Source: Nemertoderma westbladi
Lineage: Eukaryota > Animalia > Xenacoelomorpha
Length of the DNA stretch: 48,754 nt
Direction: 5' to 3'
NCBI GenBank assembly: GCA_032718475.1
Contig: JAUCBJ010006231.1
Location: 1-48,754 of the forward strand
The translations under genes and the position numbers were made by a program. Of this stretch, positions 45,886-48,754 are shown in pieces. Below the pieces are notes generated by a model, which did not search any database, was not told the DNA's origin, and saw only the letters and a program-made list of their open reading frames with translations. Position 1 is the stretch's first letter. Each line of letters begins with the position of its first letter.

Positions 45886-46608
45886 TGTGTTTATATTGGA
45901 CAAATTCTCTAAGGTTTTTACATCAATATCTGTTGGACAAGACCACTAAGGTATATCTTATATAATATGTATATATGGAAATTTGTCTTGTCTATCAATA
46001 TCGGTTGGACAGTATTGCGGATCAGAATCGCGTCAACTCTCTCTGTCTGCGGAGACCCATAGCCATAGGTCCCGGAGGCCACTTTGGCAATGTTCGTTAC
46101 TCTAGGTGCTATTAATTATTTTAATTCTGCATTTAATTATTTTTGTTGTTTAATCATTGTTTATGCTGCACCGGTATAGTTTTAATTTTATATAAGTGCA
46201 TATTAGTGCATATTTCTAAAATAACTGGTGTATTTTTTTCTTCATTAATCTAATTATCTTAATTAATTCATTAATCGAATTTTCATTATTAATTATCTGA
46301 AGTTGTTCTAGAACAATACAAAAATTTTAGGGTGGAACGAAATGCTAACTTTGATTCTGAGGGATATATATGTATATGGGCCAGCATTTACCTCGACAAC
46401 CTGGAAGCTCCCAGTCTAAAAATACAGGCACGTGATTACCCGCTCTACCAGCCATGGATTCCACCACAAACTATGCACCAAACAAACGCCATTCCACACG
46501 CTTACATTGTCAGAATGTCTTTGTAGGTACTGTGGCAAAGTGCTGCGCCAATCGCCAACACATATTCAACTGCGTCTCTGCCCCCCCCCCCCCCCCCCCC
46601 CCCCTATC

Positions 46609-47423
46609 TGTAAGCGGATCCAATTCGCTGCACCACCCAGAGGAAAATGGGGAAAGTGGCTTTTTACCAATTACAGTTGGCTAGGTGACAATACCAATAT
46701 AATGTGACCTAACAACCAACGAAGGCAATATACAGACTGCCAGCCACAGGGATAGATGAAAGGCTATAAGCCATTTCAGGGAAAGAGCAAGTGGACCATG
46801 AAAAGATAATTATAGGATTGCCAATTTGGGGGCTAGGCCAAAGTAGAAAGGAGTTTATTGTGTGTAATTGTAATATAACCGATACTGTAGTGGCCATATT
46901 TATATTAGGGGTCATCGAACCCGAATTGACGGAAACTGAAACTATAAAGTTTAGCTATACTGATATAACCGCCACTAGCAGACTGACCACTTAACCAGTA
47001 CTCCACCTTCCACTTATCTGACATACTTTCCACATTCTGCATTGTGGTATTGTTTAGGCCTACCTATGTAAATATTATTATTGGAAGTTGAGAGACTGCG
47101 TTCTCTACATTGGTGACCCGGACGAGATCAATGTAGAGAGCGCAGTCTCTCAACTATACCATATTAATTGTGTCTTTCAGTTGGTTTGAACCAAGTGTAG
47201 AAGCAACACGGTTTTTGACCGTCATCGCTGACTGTGCTATTATTATCTTATTGCGCTATTTACTGACATTCTGACATTATCAACGACTGCAGCTATAACA
47301 TATAAACTCAGTTATTATCCGGCCTTCGGCCTTTCAGCTACCAAGCAAACGCGGCGACGCGTGCGACCCGAAATGCATACACACCAGTCGGGATTCCCTC
47401 GCCAACTCGGGTATCCCGTCACA
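46609..47423 (+). mobile_element. Solo LTR C (815 bp) related to the LTR of element B
   Basis: Starts TGTAAGCGGATCCAATTC (B: TGTGAGCGGATTCAATTC), ends ATCCCGTCACA as in B; flanks CTATC / CTGTC form a 5-bp TSD with one mismatch. Confidence 0.88.
47086..47155 (+). other. 29-bp stem / 12-nt loop hairpin containing a tRNA-Trp PBS-like 18-mer
   Basis: Arms 47086-47114 and 47127-47155 pair fully with two G-U pairs; TGGTGACCCGGACGAGAT at 47111-47128. Confidence 0.85.
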
Positions 47424-47959
47424 CTGTCTCACAATTTGCCTTGGTATCACAAATTGCCCACAAGTTGCCAATTAAACAACTGATCAAATAAGGATCTAAT
47501 TTGATTTAATATTATAAACTATGTAGCAATTTTATTATTTATTATTTATTATTATTTTATTTTGTACTATAACTATAATGTATAACAAAAACTTTACCCC
47601 GACATGGGGTGTTGATTCTTTTAAAATAATTTATCTATTATTGAATTACTAATTGCAGGACATGCGAAAGGAAACTCAGAGGGAATTGGACGCAGGAAAA
47701 AAAGAGCAGCTGAAGTTGATAAACAAAATGAAAGGGTTAAAAACTACGACTCCATCGGTTGAAGAATTCCTAAAGAGTTAGTAAATAGCTTTTTAACAAA
47801 ATGAATATTAATTAGTGACTAAAATTTCGCATAAGATTATTACTTATACTATTGAATATGTATGTACCGAACAAAATATAAAAACAAAATTAAAAAAAAT
47901 TATATACAGTAAAAACATAATCCCGGGTTATTAGTGCATGCGTTAAAGACCAATGAAGA

Positions 47960-48754
47960 GAATGGGGTCCAAGGTACACAGGATGGAGCCCATCCAAGAA
48001 GGCGGGGTCCATTGTTCCCAGGATGAGGCCGTCAGAGAGGTTGTGACAATGGTACCCTGGATGGAGGCCGTCGGAGAAGGGTGGGGTCAATGGTACCGCG
48101 GATGGAGGCCTTCGGAGAGGGCGGTGTTCATGGTACCCAGGATGGAGGTCGTTAGAGAGGGGCGGGGTCAATGGAACCCAGGATGGAGGCCGTCAGAGAG
48201 AGAGGGCGGGGTCTATGGTACCGAGGATGGTGGCCATCGGAGAGGGCGGGGTTCATGGTACCCAGGCTGGAGGCTGTTGGAGAGGGTGGGGTCAATGGAA
48301 CCCAGGATGGAGGCCGTCGGAGAGGGCAGTGTCCATGGTACCAATGATGGAGGCCTTTGGAGAGGGCGGGGTCCATGGTACACATGATGGAGGCCTTCGG
48401 AGAGGGTGGGGTCCATGGTATCCAGGATGGAGGCCGTCAGAGAGGGTGGGACAATGGTACCCAGGATGGAGGCCGTCGGAGAGGGTGGGGTCCATGGTAC
48501 CCAGGATGGAGGCCGTCGGAGAGAGAGAGGGGGGGTCCATGGTACCGAGGATGGAGGCCATTGGAGAGGCCGCGGTCCATGGTACCCAGGATGGAGGCTG
48601 TCGGAGAGGGCAGTGTCCATGGCACCCATGGTGGGGGCTGTTGGAGAGGGCGGGGTCCATGGAACACAGGATGGAGGCCGTAGGAGAGGGCAGTGTCCAT
48701 GGTACCCATGATGGAGGCCTTCTGAGAGGGCAGGGTCCATGGTACCCAGGATGG
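47960..48754. repeat. G-rich ~40-bp minisatellite, about 20 units, runs off the window end
   Basis: Consensus CCATGGTACCCAGGATGGAGGCCGTCGGAGAGGGCGGGGT. Confidence 0.96.

Noticed and set aside
1-48754. Host protein-coding genes, tRNA or rRNA genes, prokaryotic systems, species identity
   Set aside because: None supported; all long ORFs are transposon-derived, and the species cannot be fixed from the sequence alone.

Overview
AT-rich, transposon-dense eukaryotic (probably invertebrate animal) DNA with no intact host gene. It contains three BEL/Pao LTR retrotransposons: a degenerate fragment (A, 1-3165), a giant 15.9 kb copy with LTRs and TSD (G, 3323-19255) and a deleted 7.1 kb copy with LTRs and TSD (B, 24583-31705). 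It also contains a related solo LTR (C, 46609-47423), three RTE-clade LINE fragments, an RTEX-like LINE fragment, a decayed XPG/Cys-rich (AcademX-like) DNA transposon, several MITE/foldback elements, a 5.5 kb 37-bp satellite and a 40-bp minisatellite. Main finding: neither full-length BEL/Pao copy has a tRNA-type (TGG-starting) primer-binding site. In both, the bases directly after the 5' LTR are perfectly complementary (12 bp and 9 bp) to a segment inside their own LTR, in the register needed to prime at the LTR edge. This suggests tRNA-independent self-priming, which I know only from the Tf1/sushi Gypsy group. Other notable features are a tRNA-Trp PBS look-alike in a 29-bp hairpin inside solo LTR C, a 39-nt GT-AG/TTAGG insert splitting gag from pol in G, a decayed non-env third ORF, and duplicated structured RNA motifs. 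Everything was read by eye; no searches were run.
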